A DNA stretch of 25,025 nucleotides, taken from the IMG/VR virus record IMGVR_UViG_3300037470_000393, positions 1-25,025 of that record; one strand, 5' to 3'. Source of the stretch: a virus (lineage: Duplodnaviria > Caudoviricetes). Positions within the stretch are counted from its first letter, which is position 1. Each line of letters opens with the position of its first letter. Under the pieces are notes generated by a model that was given only the letters and a program-made list of their open reading frames with translations, was not told the origin of the DNA and searched no databases. This document shows, in pieces, positions 1 through 7,900 of this stretch. A program made the position numbers and the translations under genes.

Positions 1-177
1 GGGAAAAGTTTTGCGCACGCGGCGATATACTTCGACTCGCCGCTGCAAGACAGGTAGCGATAGTCGATCCAGCGAATCGAAATAGACTCGCACGAGATCA
101 TCCGAGCATTTGCGGCCGTAGAGCGTGCAGAGATCGCTCAGGATCGCCGCGAACTCGTCGCGGTCGCCGCTATACAT
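1..177 (-). CDS. Partial helicase loader/inhibitor-like (G39P/DUF6475-like N-terminal domain) protein, runs off the window
   Basis: Hand translation from ATG at 177: MYSGDRDEFAAILSDLCTLYGRKCSDDLVRVYFDSLDRLSLPVLQRRVEVYRRVRKTFP...; same F..I...L...Y......FP pattern as the 170-673 protein, whose stop it overlaps. Confidence 0.6.
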   Translation of the reverse strand, partial: MYSGDRDEFAAILSDLCTLYGRKCSDDLVRVYFDSLDRLSLPVLQRRVEVYRRVRKTFP

Positions 178-673
178 CGTTGTGATCCAGACGGTCCAAT
201 CTCAGCGTATCTCGATCGCGCGCGATCTGCGGCACGCTCTCGCGCGTCGACTGCGCGTCCAATTGCTCGCCGTAGCGAGCGACAAACTGGCGCTGCAGGA
301 CGCCCAAGTAGGCCATCTCGTAGTACGCGATGGCCCGATAGCCACCGAGACCGGAGACAGCGGTGTCAATCGGACCGCCATTGTCCAGGCCGGCGCCGTC
401 GTGGTATGCGCCTTTGCAGTGATCGAGTACTCGAGCCCATGCTTCGGCGGCTGTTGGCTTGCCGGCGTTGCGCAGCTCGTGGAAGTCGGCCGGCGTCGGA
501 AAAAACTGATGCGTCTTGAGCAGATGCTCAGCGGCCGATCCGAAATCCTCGATCGTCCAGTCCTGCATCGCACACCAGTAGAGCTTGAGCCCGGCCCCTG
601 ACAGGGCTTTGCTTTTGAGTTCGGCCAGCCCGGTAACAATCTCGGCGAATGTGTCGTAGTCGTTTGGTGTCAT
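170..673 (-). CDS. Replication accessory protein, helicase loader/inhibitor-like (DUF6475/G39P-like)
   Basis: Helical N-terminus ending FFPTPADF, then AAEAW...IDTAVSGLGGY...F...Y; ATGA-coupled downstream of the initiator gene. Confidence 0.7.
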   Translation of the reverse strand: MTPNDYDTFAEIVTGLAELKSKALSGAGLKLYWCAMQDWTIEDFGSAAEHLLKTHQFFPTPADFHELRNAGKPTAAEAWARVLDHCKGAYHDGAGLDNGGPIDTAVSGLGGYRAIAYYEMAYLGVLQRQFVARYGEQLDAQSTRESVPQIARDRDTLRLDRLDHNDV

Positions 674-1530
674 AGCTTGCCCTCTGCGATGAGTTGCTGT
701 TTCACGGCGGCGGCCGCTGTCAGATTGCTGTGCGTCCGATTATCTGCTTTCGTGATCGGTGCGTTCCACGGCTCGAGGAATCGCTTGTCAGGCCCGCAGA
801 ACGTCGCGGCCTGCATCACATACTCGGTACGCTCTTTGCCGGTCGCGCGACAAAACGCTTGGTATCGGCGCGTGCCGTCGAGGATCTCGTTCCACACATG
901 CCCATCTGCGAGCCGAGCGTTGATCGCCTTGAGTGCTTTCGGCCATGGCTGAGAGCCGGCGCGTGGCGGGTACAGAGCCTTGAAATCGTCGAATTCCGGT
1001 GGCGGTGGCTTTTTCGCGGGACGCGAAGCGGCCGTAGTATTCTTCTTGCTTCTGCTTTCTGCCTCTGCCTCTGCCTCTGCTATAGGTTGAAAGTGGTTGA
1101 CATTGGTTGACTTGTTGACAGATCTATTTTCAGCCTCTCGATCACGCTCACGTTGTTTCCTTTTGGCTTCGCGCAAATACTCCCTGCGCTCCTGAGACCG
1201 TTGTTCCTCGCGGTATTTGGCGTAATTGGTGATGCTCCAGCCCCAGTCACGATGGTCATCAAGTAACACAATCCGGCGCCCTTCGCAGTCAGGGGTGCGG
1301 CTCCGGTCGTCCGGGGATTCGAGTTCTGATATACCCTTTCGGATGAACTCAAGTGGCCATCCAGTCACTCCGGCAATGGCTTCTGCAGTCATATCCACCT
1401 CGCCGTGCCGGTCCGAGAGAGATAGCAGAACCATAAAAACAGCAGACGCCTCGAACCGACCGTATAGCGATCCGCCCCACATCGTATTGAAAAGCTTAGA
1501 GAAACCTGACAAATCAACACCTGTCAACAA
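670..1530 (-). CDS. Phage replication initiator (replisome organizer, lambda O-like)
   Basis: wHTH-like N-terminus ending WSITNYAKYR, charged helix, AEAEAE linker, C-terminal FDDFKALYP...YVMQAATF domain; contains iteron-like repeats. True start may be a few codons downstream. Confidence 0.8.
   Translation of the reverse strand: MLTGVDLSGFSKLFNTMWGGSLYGRFEASAVFMVLLSLSDRHGEVDMTAEAIAGVTGWPLEFIRKGISELESPDDRSRTPDCEGRRIVLLDDHRDWGWSITNYAKYREEQRSQERREYLREAKRKQRERDREAENRSVNKSTNVNHFQPIAEAEAEAESRSKKNTTAASRPAKKPPPPEFDDFKALYPPRAGSQPWPKALKAINARLADGHVWNEILDGTRRYQAFCRATGKERTEYVMQAATFCGPDKRFLEPWNAPITKADNRTHSNLTAAAAVKQQLIAEGKL
1085..1119. repeat. Iteron-like direct repeats (putative replication origin)
   Basis: GGTTGA at 1085, 1095, 1105 (10-bp period) and GTTGAC at 1114, in the linker of the initiator gene. 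Confidence 0.6.
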
Positions 1531-1564
1531 CCGTTGTTGACGCTATTGTTGACTATGTATCAAC
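1523..1564. promoter_or_regulatory. GTTGAC-motif palindrome and repeats at the initiator 5' end
   Basis: GTCAACAAC-C-GTTGTTGAC (1523-1541) followed by TTGTTGAC...TCAAC; same core as the internal iterons. Confidence 0.45.
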
Positions 1565-1583
1565 GCTTACCAAAACACAAGAC

Positions 1584-1853
1584 TCATTGTTTTGAGTTCC
1601 CGGCCCGCCGCATCATCCACCAGAGCCAGAGCCTTGACCGCCAGCGCCGGATAGCTGATTTACATTGCCAGATCAGCGGCTTACGTATGATATCTGCATC
1701 GATCATGCTGCGAATGTCGTCGGCCACGATGACTGGCAGAATGGGATTGTCGCCGCGAAACTCGTGCATTTCCCAGCTCATGCGGATGTACTCGTCGCGC
1801 GTAATCAGGCCACGCAGAGCCGCGTAAGCCAAAACGCCCTCAATCGTTTCCAT
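1584..1853 (-). CDS. Hypothetical protein
   Basis: 89-aa ORF, AAGGAG RBS upstream, in the cro-rep operon. Confidence 0.6.
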   Translation of the reverse strand: METIEGVLAYAALRGLITRDEYIRMSWEMHEFRGDNPILPVIVADDIRSMIDADIIRKPLIWQCKSAIRRWRSRLWLWWMMRRAGNSKQ

Positions 1854-2046
1854 CGGCGTCTCCTTCGTGCCCAGTTCGATTCAGCGCCTCAATTTGCTCC
1901 AGTTCCCAAGCATCCCGCAAGTGGCTGTTCCAGCGCCCGAGATTGGCTTTGTTGCGCTCGTCGGCCCCGTGGAGCCTGTCCGCATAGTACGCGGCTGTTT
2001 GCGCCCTGGACCGTTTATCTGTGAACTTAATCGCTTGATTTTGCAT
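1840..2046 (-). CDS. Hypothetical protein (68 aa, MQNQAIKF...)
   Basis: ATG at 2046 overlapping the cro 3' end; fills the gap in the operon. Confidence 0.55.
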   Translation of the reverse strand: MQNQAIKFTDKRSRAQTAAYYADRLHGADERNKANLGRWNSHLRDAWELEQIEALNRTGHEGDADGND

Positions 2047-2302
2047 CACTTTTCTCTTGTTTGATCCTGTTGCGCTTGATCCGCCTATCCGCACCGCGAT
2101 CACGCACACGGCCGCGCCTAGGCCAGTCACGATACATAGCCGGATCGAGGAATAGCTCGCCATCTGATTCAAGCCAGGCCCGCATTGCGATTTCTGGCGG
2201 AACGAGTTCGCCCCATTTCTGTACCGCGTCTCTCGATAGTCCGAGCCTCCTGGCCGTGGGCACTGTGCCGTGGAAGTAGGCGATTACGCTGTCTGCTCGC
2301 AT
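2027..2302 (-). CDS. Cro-like HTH regulator
   Basis: MRADSVIAYFHGTVPTARRLGLSRDAVQKWGELVP is a typical Cro/YdaS pattern; GGAG RBS 10 nt before ATG 2302; first gene of the replication operon. Confidence 0.8.
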   Translation of the reverse strand: MRADSVIAYFHGTVPTARRLGLSRDAVQKWGELVPPEIAMRAWLESDGELFLDPAMYRDWPRRGRVRDRGADRRIKRNRIKQEKSDAKSSD

Positions 2303-2315
2303 GTATAGTTTACTC

Positions 2316-2331
2316 CGTTTCACGTGAAACA
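2316..2331. promoter_or_regulatory. parS-like palindrome
   Basis: cGTTTCACGTGAAACa: 15/16 match to the consensus chromosomal parS TGTTTCACGTGAAACA. Confidence 0.75.
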
Positions 2332-2356
2332 TACTAAACTATACCGCTCATAGCAA
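2328..2356 (-). promoter_or_regulatory. Leftward sigma70-like promoter for cro
   Basis: Minus strand TTGCTA-17 nt-TATGTT. Confidence 0.55.
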
Positions 2357-2388
2357 GCAATACCGCCATATTATTATCTGCCTGAGCC

Positions 2389-2417
2389 TTGATCTGGCTA
2401 ATAGTATAGTTTACTAT
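2389..2417 (+). promoter_or_regulatory. Rightward sigma70-like promoter
   Basis: TTGATC-17 nt-TACTAT. Confidence 0.6.
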
Positions 2418-2503
2418 CTACACATGCCGGATGACCCGGCTACACCAGCCGCCCGGTGAGTAGGGCGGGGACGAGAAAGTCATACAACTCGAGGAACAAC
2501 ACA

Positions 2504-2794
2504 ATGAATACCCAAGCAATCGACTATTGCCCGTTCTGTTGCGTTGAGCATGTGATCGGCAATCACCCCGACGAGGGCGAAACACCCGCTCAATATTGGG
2601 CGCGGGTGGATCAGGCGACCGATCTCGCCAAGATGCTGCACGACATCTCGAGCACGGCTGTCCCGACCGACGTGCCTGTAATGATCGATTCAAGAATCAC
2701 CATCGTTGAGCTGATACACGGGCTGACATCGTCCGATCTGAGCCTTGTCAACGACGGCAAGGGCGGGCTGAGAATCACGCGAGCCCCGCTGTGA
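2504..2794 (+). CDS. Hypothetical protein with N-terminal CPFC...H motif
   Basis: GAGG RBS, ATG 2504, 96 aa, GTGA coupling to the next ORF. Confidence 0.65.
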   Translation: MNTQAIDYCPFCCVEHVIGNHPDEGETPAQYWARVDQATDLAKMLHDISSTAVPTDVPVMIDSRITIVELIHGLTSSDLSLVNDGKGGLRITRAPL

Positions 2795-3027
2795 GCATGG
2801 AGACCAAACTACTCAATCCCCACGCCAGCCGGCCAATCCGAGCTTTCCTGGCCGACAATCGAATCGTCGACACGGCGACCGAGCACGTATTTTGGGACTG
2901 CGTGTATGCCAACGTCGCTCACGTCGATCATGCGGAGGCGCTACAGATTGCCAGAGCAATGCAATCAAAGGCAGCCCGCGTCGAGTCGGTCATCCCTAAA
3001 TCCAATTCAGATTCAGACGAGGAATAA
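2791..3027 (+). CDS. Hypothetical protein
   Basis: 78-aa ORF in the coupled operon. Confidence 0.6.
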   Translation: MSMETKLLNPHASRPIRAFLADNRIVDTATEHVFWDCVYANVAHVDHAEALQIARAMQSKAARVESVIPKSNSDSDEE

Positions 3028-3032
3028 CTACA

Positions 3033-4202
3033 ATGCACCCAGATACTTCAGCCATCTCCGCTATCCAGAATCTTCGCGAGACACTTCGCGTCAGCCTGAT
3101 CGAGCGCGAGCCCGAAATCGAGGCCATGCTCCTTGGTCTGGTCGCTCGCGAGCACGTTTTGCTCGTCGGCCCGCCGGGAACGGCCAAATCAGCGCTAGCC
3201 AACGGGCTGACGCGGGCGATCAAGGGCGCTGACGCGTTCTCGGTGCTTCTGACGAAGTTCACCACGCCCGAGGAATTGTTCGGGCCGGTGAAGCTCTCCG
3301 CGCTGCGCGAGGATCGCTACGAGCGGGCCATCTATGACTACCTGCCAATGGCTGAGATTGGCTTCATCGACGAAATCTGGAAAGCGTCAAGCGCTATTCT
3401 GAATACCCTGCTGACGTTGCTGCAGGAGCGGACGTTCGACAACGGCGGTATGCGCGTTGCCTGCCCGCTGCGTCTGGCCGTCGCGGCCTCGAACGAATGG
3501 CCGAGCGCAGAGGACGGGCAGGAACTCGGCGCCATTTTCGATCGATTCCTGATTCGGCGCGTTGTGCGGCCGGTCTCGCCGTCGAATCGCTCCCGGCTGC
3601 TGTATGCCGATCTGCCAGCCGCTGAGGCCGTGATTGGTCTGGATGCGATCGACGCGGCGGCGATGGCTGCGACGACGCTGCCTGTGTCGGCCGAAGCCAA
3701 AGACACGCTGGCGCAGATTCTGGACGAGCTGGCTGGCGCCGGGATTCGTCCAGGCGATCGCCGGTCCCGCAAGGCGGTCGGCATTGCCCGCGCTGCGGCA
3801 TGGCTCAGTGAGGCCACGGAAGTCGAGCCGGGGCACCTGGAGTGCTTGGCCGACGTCCTTTGGTCCTCGCCCGAGCAAGTCGAACAGACGGCCGAGATTG
3901 TGACGCGGATAGCCAATCCGGCCGGCGCGGCGCTCACGGACCTGCTCAAAGAAGTCGATGAGGTTGTTGCTGGCTCGTCATCATCCACGGCCGATGCGGC
4001 AGCCAAGATGGGCGCGATCAAGAAGCTCGAATCGTGCGAAAAGAAAGCCGTGAAGCTCGTCACGGAGTTTATGACGCCGACCGGCAAGGTTCGGGCGCAG
4101 GATCTCGTGAAGTTCATCAAGGGCGAGCGGGTTAATCTCACGGCATCGGCTATGGGGATCGATAGCGAGAAGGCGCGGGCGATTCTGGGAGGGGCGGCAT
4201 GA
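3033..4202 (+). CDS. MoxR/RavA-family AAA+ ATPase
   Basis: Walker A GPPGTAKS, LLTKFTTPEELFGP, Walker B FIDEIWKASSAILNTLL, ASNE sensor, DRF arginine finger. Confidence 0.93.
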   Translation: MHPDTSAISAIQNLRETLRVSLIEREPEIEAMLLGLVAREHVLLVGPPGTAKSALANGLTRAIKGADAFSVLLTKFTTPEELFGPVKLSALREDRYERAIYDYLPMAEIGFIDEIWKASSAILNTLLTLLQERTFDNGGMRVACPLRLAVAASNEWPSAEDGQELGAIFDRFLIRRVVRPVSPSNRSRLLYADLPAAEAVIGLDAIDAAAMAATTLPVSAEAKDTLAQILDELAGAGIRPGDRRSRKAVGIARAAAWLSEATEVEPGHLECLADVLWSSPEQVEQTAEIVTRIANPAGAALTDLLKEVDEVVAGSSSSTADAAAKMGAIKKLESCEKKAVKLVTEFMTPTGKVRAQDLVKFIKGERVNLTASAMGIDSEKARAILGGAA

Positions 4203-5656
4203 GCGATCAGCCTGATTTTCCCGGCAATCCGCTGGCCGATGCGCTGGCCGAATCGGTCTCAGAGGAAGACACCTGGGCCGATGGGCCAGCGCTTTTTGCC
4301 GAAGAAGGCACCGCCCGCAAGTCCGTTGCCGACGCCACGCCGCATGTTCTCGACGTAGACCGCTGGACAAAGCGCCGAGGCACCGAACTGGCTGAATCCT
4401 GGCGCGAAGCGGAGATTGCCGAGCACTCTCCAGAGATCGTCACGGACGCCCATGCGACGCTGTTCGAGCCTGAGCCCAAGCCATCAGAGAAGCCGGCCGA
4501 GGTCGCACGCGCAGCCTGGTGGCGCCAGTTGATGGACTCAGACGAGTACCGGGCGCTGCACGGCAAAACGTGTCTGGATGCTGGATTATCCGAGCTGGCC
4601 GCGAAATCGCTCTGTGATCAGTGGGCCGAGCACGTCGCCGAGAATCCAGAGCCCGACCCGAAAGACATCGAAGACGGCAAATGTCCGGCACCAGGTTCGG
4701 AAGATGAGCCGCTGGCCGACACGATCAAGCGCGTTCGATCCACGGCCAAGGCACTCGAAGAAGCCGAGACGACAGTCACAGAAGCACGCGAGGCTGCTTT
4801 CGGGCTTGGCGCCGGCGGCGCGTCGGACGGCCCGCTGGACCCGAAAGCGCTGTCCGATTGTTACAACCGCGTCAAAGGCGACGAGTTTTTGCGCCGGCTG
4901 ATGCAAATGGCCGGCCGCATGCGCACGCTCTGCCAGTCGTTGCAGCGAACCAAGACGCAGCACGGCAGCGATGACACCGTAGGCGTCGAGCTGGGCGGCG
5001 ATGTCTCCCGCCTGGTGCCGAGCGAACTGGCGCAGATCGCTTGCGGCATCCCTGAATTGGAGCTGCTCGCCCTCGATCGCGTCGCACGCAAGCAGGCGCT
5101 GTGCCGGCAATATCGCGGGCTCGAGCGGCTCGGCCAGGGGCCGATTGTCGTTGTCGTCGACGAGAGCGGCAGCATGCACGGCGAGCCGATTATGACGGCC
5201 AAAGCGATCGCGCTGGCGCTGGCATGGCTCGCACGCCGGCAACAGCGCTGGATCGCGCTGGTCGGGTTTTCCGGCGAAACCGGCTACAACCGGATCGCGT
5301 TCCCGCCTGGCAAGACCGACCAAGACGTGCTGATCGAATGGCTGAGGCACTTCTATTCGGGCGGATCGGCCCGCGACATACCCGTCAAGGAATTGCCAGA
5401 AGACTGGCCGGCACTGAAGGCTGAAGGGCTGCCGACCGGCAGGACCGACGTGATCATGATCACGGACGCCATTGCCCGCGTGCCAGCGAAAATGCGGGAT
5501 AAATACGTGGCTTGGGCGAAGGCCGAGCAAGCCCGGACCTACGGCATTGTCATCGGCCAATCTGACGCAGGCGATCTCGGCGGGATCGCTGACAGGCACT
5601 GGTGCGTACCAGACCTGTCGGGCGGCGATGCTGTCGAGGCTGTGCTGAGTATCTGA
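4199..5656 (+). CDS. vWA-domain protein (ViaA-like)
   Basis: RLVPSEL motif, MIDAS DESGSMHG, later MITD; ATGA-coupled to the AAA gene. Confidence 0.9.
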   Translation: MSDQPDFPGNPLADALAESVSEEDTWADGPALFAEEGTARKSVADATPHVLDVDRWTKRRGTELAESWREAEIAEHSPEIVTDAHATLFEPEPKPSEKPAEVARAAWWRQLMDSDEYRALHGKTCLDAGLSELAAKSLCDQWAEHVAENPEPDPKDIEDGKCPAPGSEDEPLADTIKRVRSTAKALEEAETTVTEAREAAFGLGAGGASDGPLDPKALSDCYNRVKGDEFLRRLMQMAGRMRTLCQSLQRTKTQHGSDDTVGVELGGDVSRLVPSELAQIACGIPELELLALDRVARKQALCRQYRGLERLGQGPIVVVVDESGSMHGEPIMTAKAIALALAWLARRQQRWIALVGFSGETGYNRIAFPPGKTDQDVLIEWLRHFYSGGSARDIPVKELPEDWPALKAEGLPTGRTDVIMITDAIARVPAKMRDKYVAWAKAEQARTYGIVIGQSDAGDLGGIADRHWCVPDLSGGDAVEAVLSI

Positions 5657-5719
5657 AATATCCAACTATCGCAGGGCTCAAGGCCCCGATATCCAACAAC
5701 CACCAAAGAGGAATAGCAA

Positions 5720-6559
5720 ATGAGCCCAACCACCGGAACCCTTGGCACCATCGTTTCTTGGCGCGTGCCGTCCAACGTCAGCTTCGACTTGCTGCAAAAC
5801 TCACTGCTCGAGGCCGGATTCGACCAGGAGCTTGCGCAAGAGCTTCAGCCCGCCCATGCGCTGAGCCGCGCGCTGCGCGACATGCGTACCGGCCGCGTAA
5901 TCCGCAAGCTGCGCCGCGATGACCGCAAGCTGCTGTTTCAATTCACGCGCGAATACCTGGACGAGAAGGAAATCTTCTACGAGCGCGAGGCCGAGATGTC
6001 GCTCGATATCGACACCGGGTATATCGAGTGCGCTGAGAGCACCGAAATAGCCGACCACGCACGGAAACTCATGGCCGAACACAGCGCCAAGCGCATGACA
6101 TCGGACCTGACCCGGCTGCTGCACAGGATCTACGCGGCCTACAAAGCCGATCTGATTCCGATTCGCGACCAGGGCGGCGCCTACTTCGTGCCTGAAATGC
6201 ACGCGACGCTGATTGAACAGAGCCGCAAGCTGCTCGAAATGATCGGCGGGAAGCTGCGCAGCTTCCAAGTTCGGCTCGGATCGGAAGACACGTCCGAATC
6301 GGTCGCAAACTCCATGAGCGACTACCTGCGCGACCTCATCGAGCAATTCAAGGAAAAGTGCGAAAGCATGGGTTCCGGCGAGCGGAAAACCAGAAAGGAC
6401 GTGATCGAGAATCGCGTCGGCGAGATCGGCGAGCTGCGGCGGAAGCTGGAGCTGTATCGCGGACTTCTGGAAGGCTACTCCGAGGCTATCACCGAGCAAG
6501 TGCAAGAGGCCGAGACCGTCCTCATGCGCAAGCTGGCGGAAAGCTCGACAGACGAGTAA
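5720..6559 (+). CDS. Conserved partner of phage AAA/vWA modules (DUF6744-like)
   Basis: GTIVSW N-terminus, IPIRDQGGAYFVP motif, C-terminal coiled coil; GAGG RBS. Family name from recollection. Confidence 0.65.
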   Translation: MSPTTGTLGTIVSWRVPSNVSFDLLQNSLLEAGFDQELAQELQPAHALSRALRDMRTGRVIRKLRRDDRKLLFQFTREYLDEKEIFYEREAEMSLDIDTGYIECAESTEIADHARKLMAEHSAKRMTSDLTRLLHRIYAAYKADLIPIRDQGGAYFVPEMHATLIEQSRKLLEMIGGKLRSFQVRLGSEDTSESVANSMSDYLRDLIEQFKEKCESMGSGERKTRKDVIENRVGEIGELRRKLELYRGLLEGYSEAITEQVQEAETVLMRKLAESSTDE

Positions 6560-6616
6560 CCGTCTGAAATTATCGAAAATTTTTGAATATTTTTTAACAA
6601 CGACAAGGAGATTGTC

Positions 6617-7366
6617 ATGGAAAGACTGATGAAAAACGTGAAGTACTTCGGGTATGGGTTCTTGGCCGTGTCGCTATTCACACTCGCGGTCAACACAGCT
6701 TTTGCCACGGAGCCGGGAAACTATCCAGCGAATCCGCCGGATAACCAGCAACAAGGTCAAGCGCAGGGCCAGCAACAGGGCCAAGCCGCTATCGGCCTTG
6801 GGGTTGGCATCGGAGAAGGCGGGAACGCTGTCTCTGGCGCTGATGCTCACGCCACTGGTATCGGGATCGGAGGCAAAGGCGGAAACGCCAGATCCACAGC
6901 CTTTGGTGGCAATCAGCACCAGACGGCGGTTTCGGACCAGACCCAGACTGCCAGCGCCGACAACGCCGGCAACAGCCTCAGCACGTCGTACAGCTCGCGG
7001 GACCGCGCCTATGCACTCGGACTGTCCACAACTGCAACGGCGGCACCGTTCGATCCCAGAGTGTGTATCCACAAGCAGACTCGCGGCGTCGATCTTCGGC
7101 CGTTACCCGTTGGGTTCACCGGCAACAACAAGTATGACGCAGCGTGCATCGAGGAAGAACGGGATCGGGCACATTGCGTCGCACTGGCCGACCGTCTGGC
7201 CGCATGGGGGCAGATCGAAATGGCCGTCCGGCAGCTTCAGGACTGCGATGGGGTGAGTGGCGAGGCTGTCATCGAGCCAATCGGGCACGTTGAGCCAGTT
7301 GATTTATCGGGTTACGCAACCAAGGAGGAACTGAACCGGGCCTTCACGGAGTCTGTCTCCAAATAG
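6617..7366 (+). CDS. Predicted secreted Gly/Gln-rich protein
   Basis: AAGGAG RBS; signal-peptide-like N-terminus ending AFA; QQQGQAQGQQQGQ and GIGIGGKGG low complexity; four Cys in the C-terminal half. Confidence 0.75.
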   Translation: MERLMKNVKYFGYGFLAVSLFTLAVNTAFATEPGNYPANPPDNQQQGQAQGQQQGQAAIGLGVGIGEGGNAVSGADAHATGIGIGGKGGNARSTAFGGNQHQTAVSDQTQTASADNAGNSLSTSYSSRDRAYALGLSTTATAAPFDPRVCIHKQTRGVDLRPLPVGFTGNNKYDAACIEEERDRAHCVALADRLAAWGQIEMAVRQLQDCDGVSGEAVIEPIGHVEPVDLSGYATKEELNRAFTESVSK

Positions 7367-7439
7367 GGCACATCTTGCGCGAACGATAGCGGGACTGATA
7401 CGCTATCGTTCGCACTTTAGTAACCAAATGTGCCCTATT
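7362..7439. promoter_or_regulatory. Nested long hairpin covering the translation start of the NUMOD4 ORF
   Basis: Outer arms AATAGGGCACAT (7362-7373)/ATGTGCCCTATT (7428-7439); inner arms GCGAACGATAGCG (7379-7391)/CGCTATCGTTCGC (7401-7413). Confidence 0.7.
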
Positions 7440-7640
7440 GCCAGAAGAAACCAAAGAACGGTGGCTCCCAATTCCTGAATATGAGGGACGATATGAGGTC
7501 AGCGATCTTGGGCGTGTTCGGAGTCTCGATCGGACAATTGATGTCGTATTGAAAGGTGCTCCATATGCTAAAAGAGAAAATTATGAGGATGCGATTAAGC
7601 GCGGCACCAAAACTAGAGCGGGCGAAAAGGTTTGGCCTCT
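7438..7640 (+). pseudogene. NUMOD4-HNH homing endonuclease remnant with HNH core deleted (3' end approximate)
   Basis: ERWLPIPEYEGRYEVSDLGRVRSLDR is NUMOD4; it is followed almost directly by RENYEDAIKRGT, which resembles the post-HNH tail. Confidence 0.7.
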
Positions 7641-7690
7641 AAAAAACCCTGATAACAGTTTGATAGTAAGAAGCACATTGAAAACAGAAG

Positions 7691-7900
7691 ATGCTGGTTC
7701 ATCCCTACAGCCTGGTGACAGACGGCCGCCGAACGGGAATAGTGACCCGAGTCCAGGGCGCGATGGCTCAAGTGGGCTGGTACAAGAAAGTGCCGAAAGC
7801 GTGGGAACACCTGATCCGGGACTACCAGATCATCCCGCTGATGGACCTACGCCTGATCGAGCCGCACAAGACGTGGGTAGCGGAGAGCGTGGCGGCCTGA
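7691..7900 (+). CDS. Hypothetical protein (69 aa)
   Basis: Globular-looking ORF; the overlapping frame of the 306-aa ORF is Pro/Gly/Ser-rich shadow sequence here. Confidence 0.55.
   Translation: MLVHPYSLVTDGRRTGIVTRVQGAMAQVGWYKKVPKAWEHLIRDYQIIPLMDLRLIEPHKTWVAESVAA

Larger units (their letters stand above)
2303..2414. promoter_or_regulatory. Three putative operator sites GTATAGTTTA
   Basis: GTATAGTTTAC at 2303 and 2404; inverted copy TAAACTATAC at 2335-2344; the sites overlap both promoters and the cro RBS-ATG spacer. Confidence 0.65.

Noticed and set aside
1057-1080. GCCTCT tandem repeat
   Set aside because: Encodes the AEAEAE linker commonly seen in phage initiators
2303-2332. MFHVKR N-terminal extension of Cro
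   Set aside because: It is the translation of the parS palindrome; the RBS supports ATG 2302
3338-6505. Long minus-strand ORFs (267, 359, 234 aa)
   Set aside because: Antisense shadows of GC-rich genes that have clear motifs on the plus strand
7362-7439. tRNA or classical intrinsic terminator
   Set aside because: No cloverleaf or T-loop motif and no clear U-tract directly after the stems
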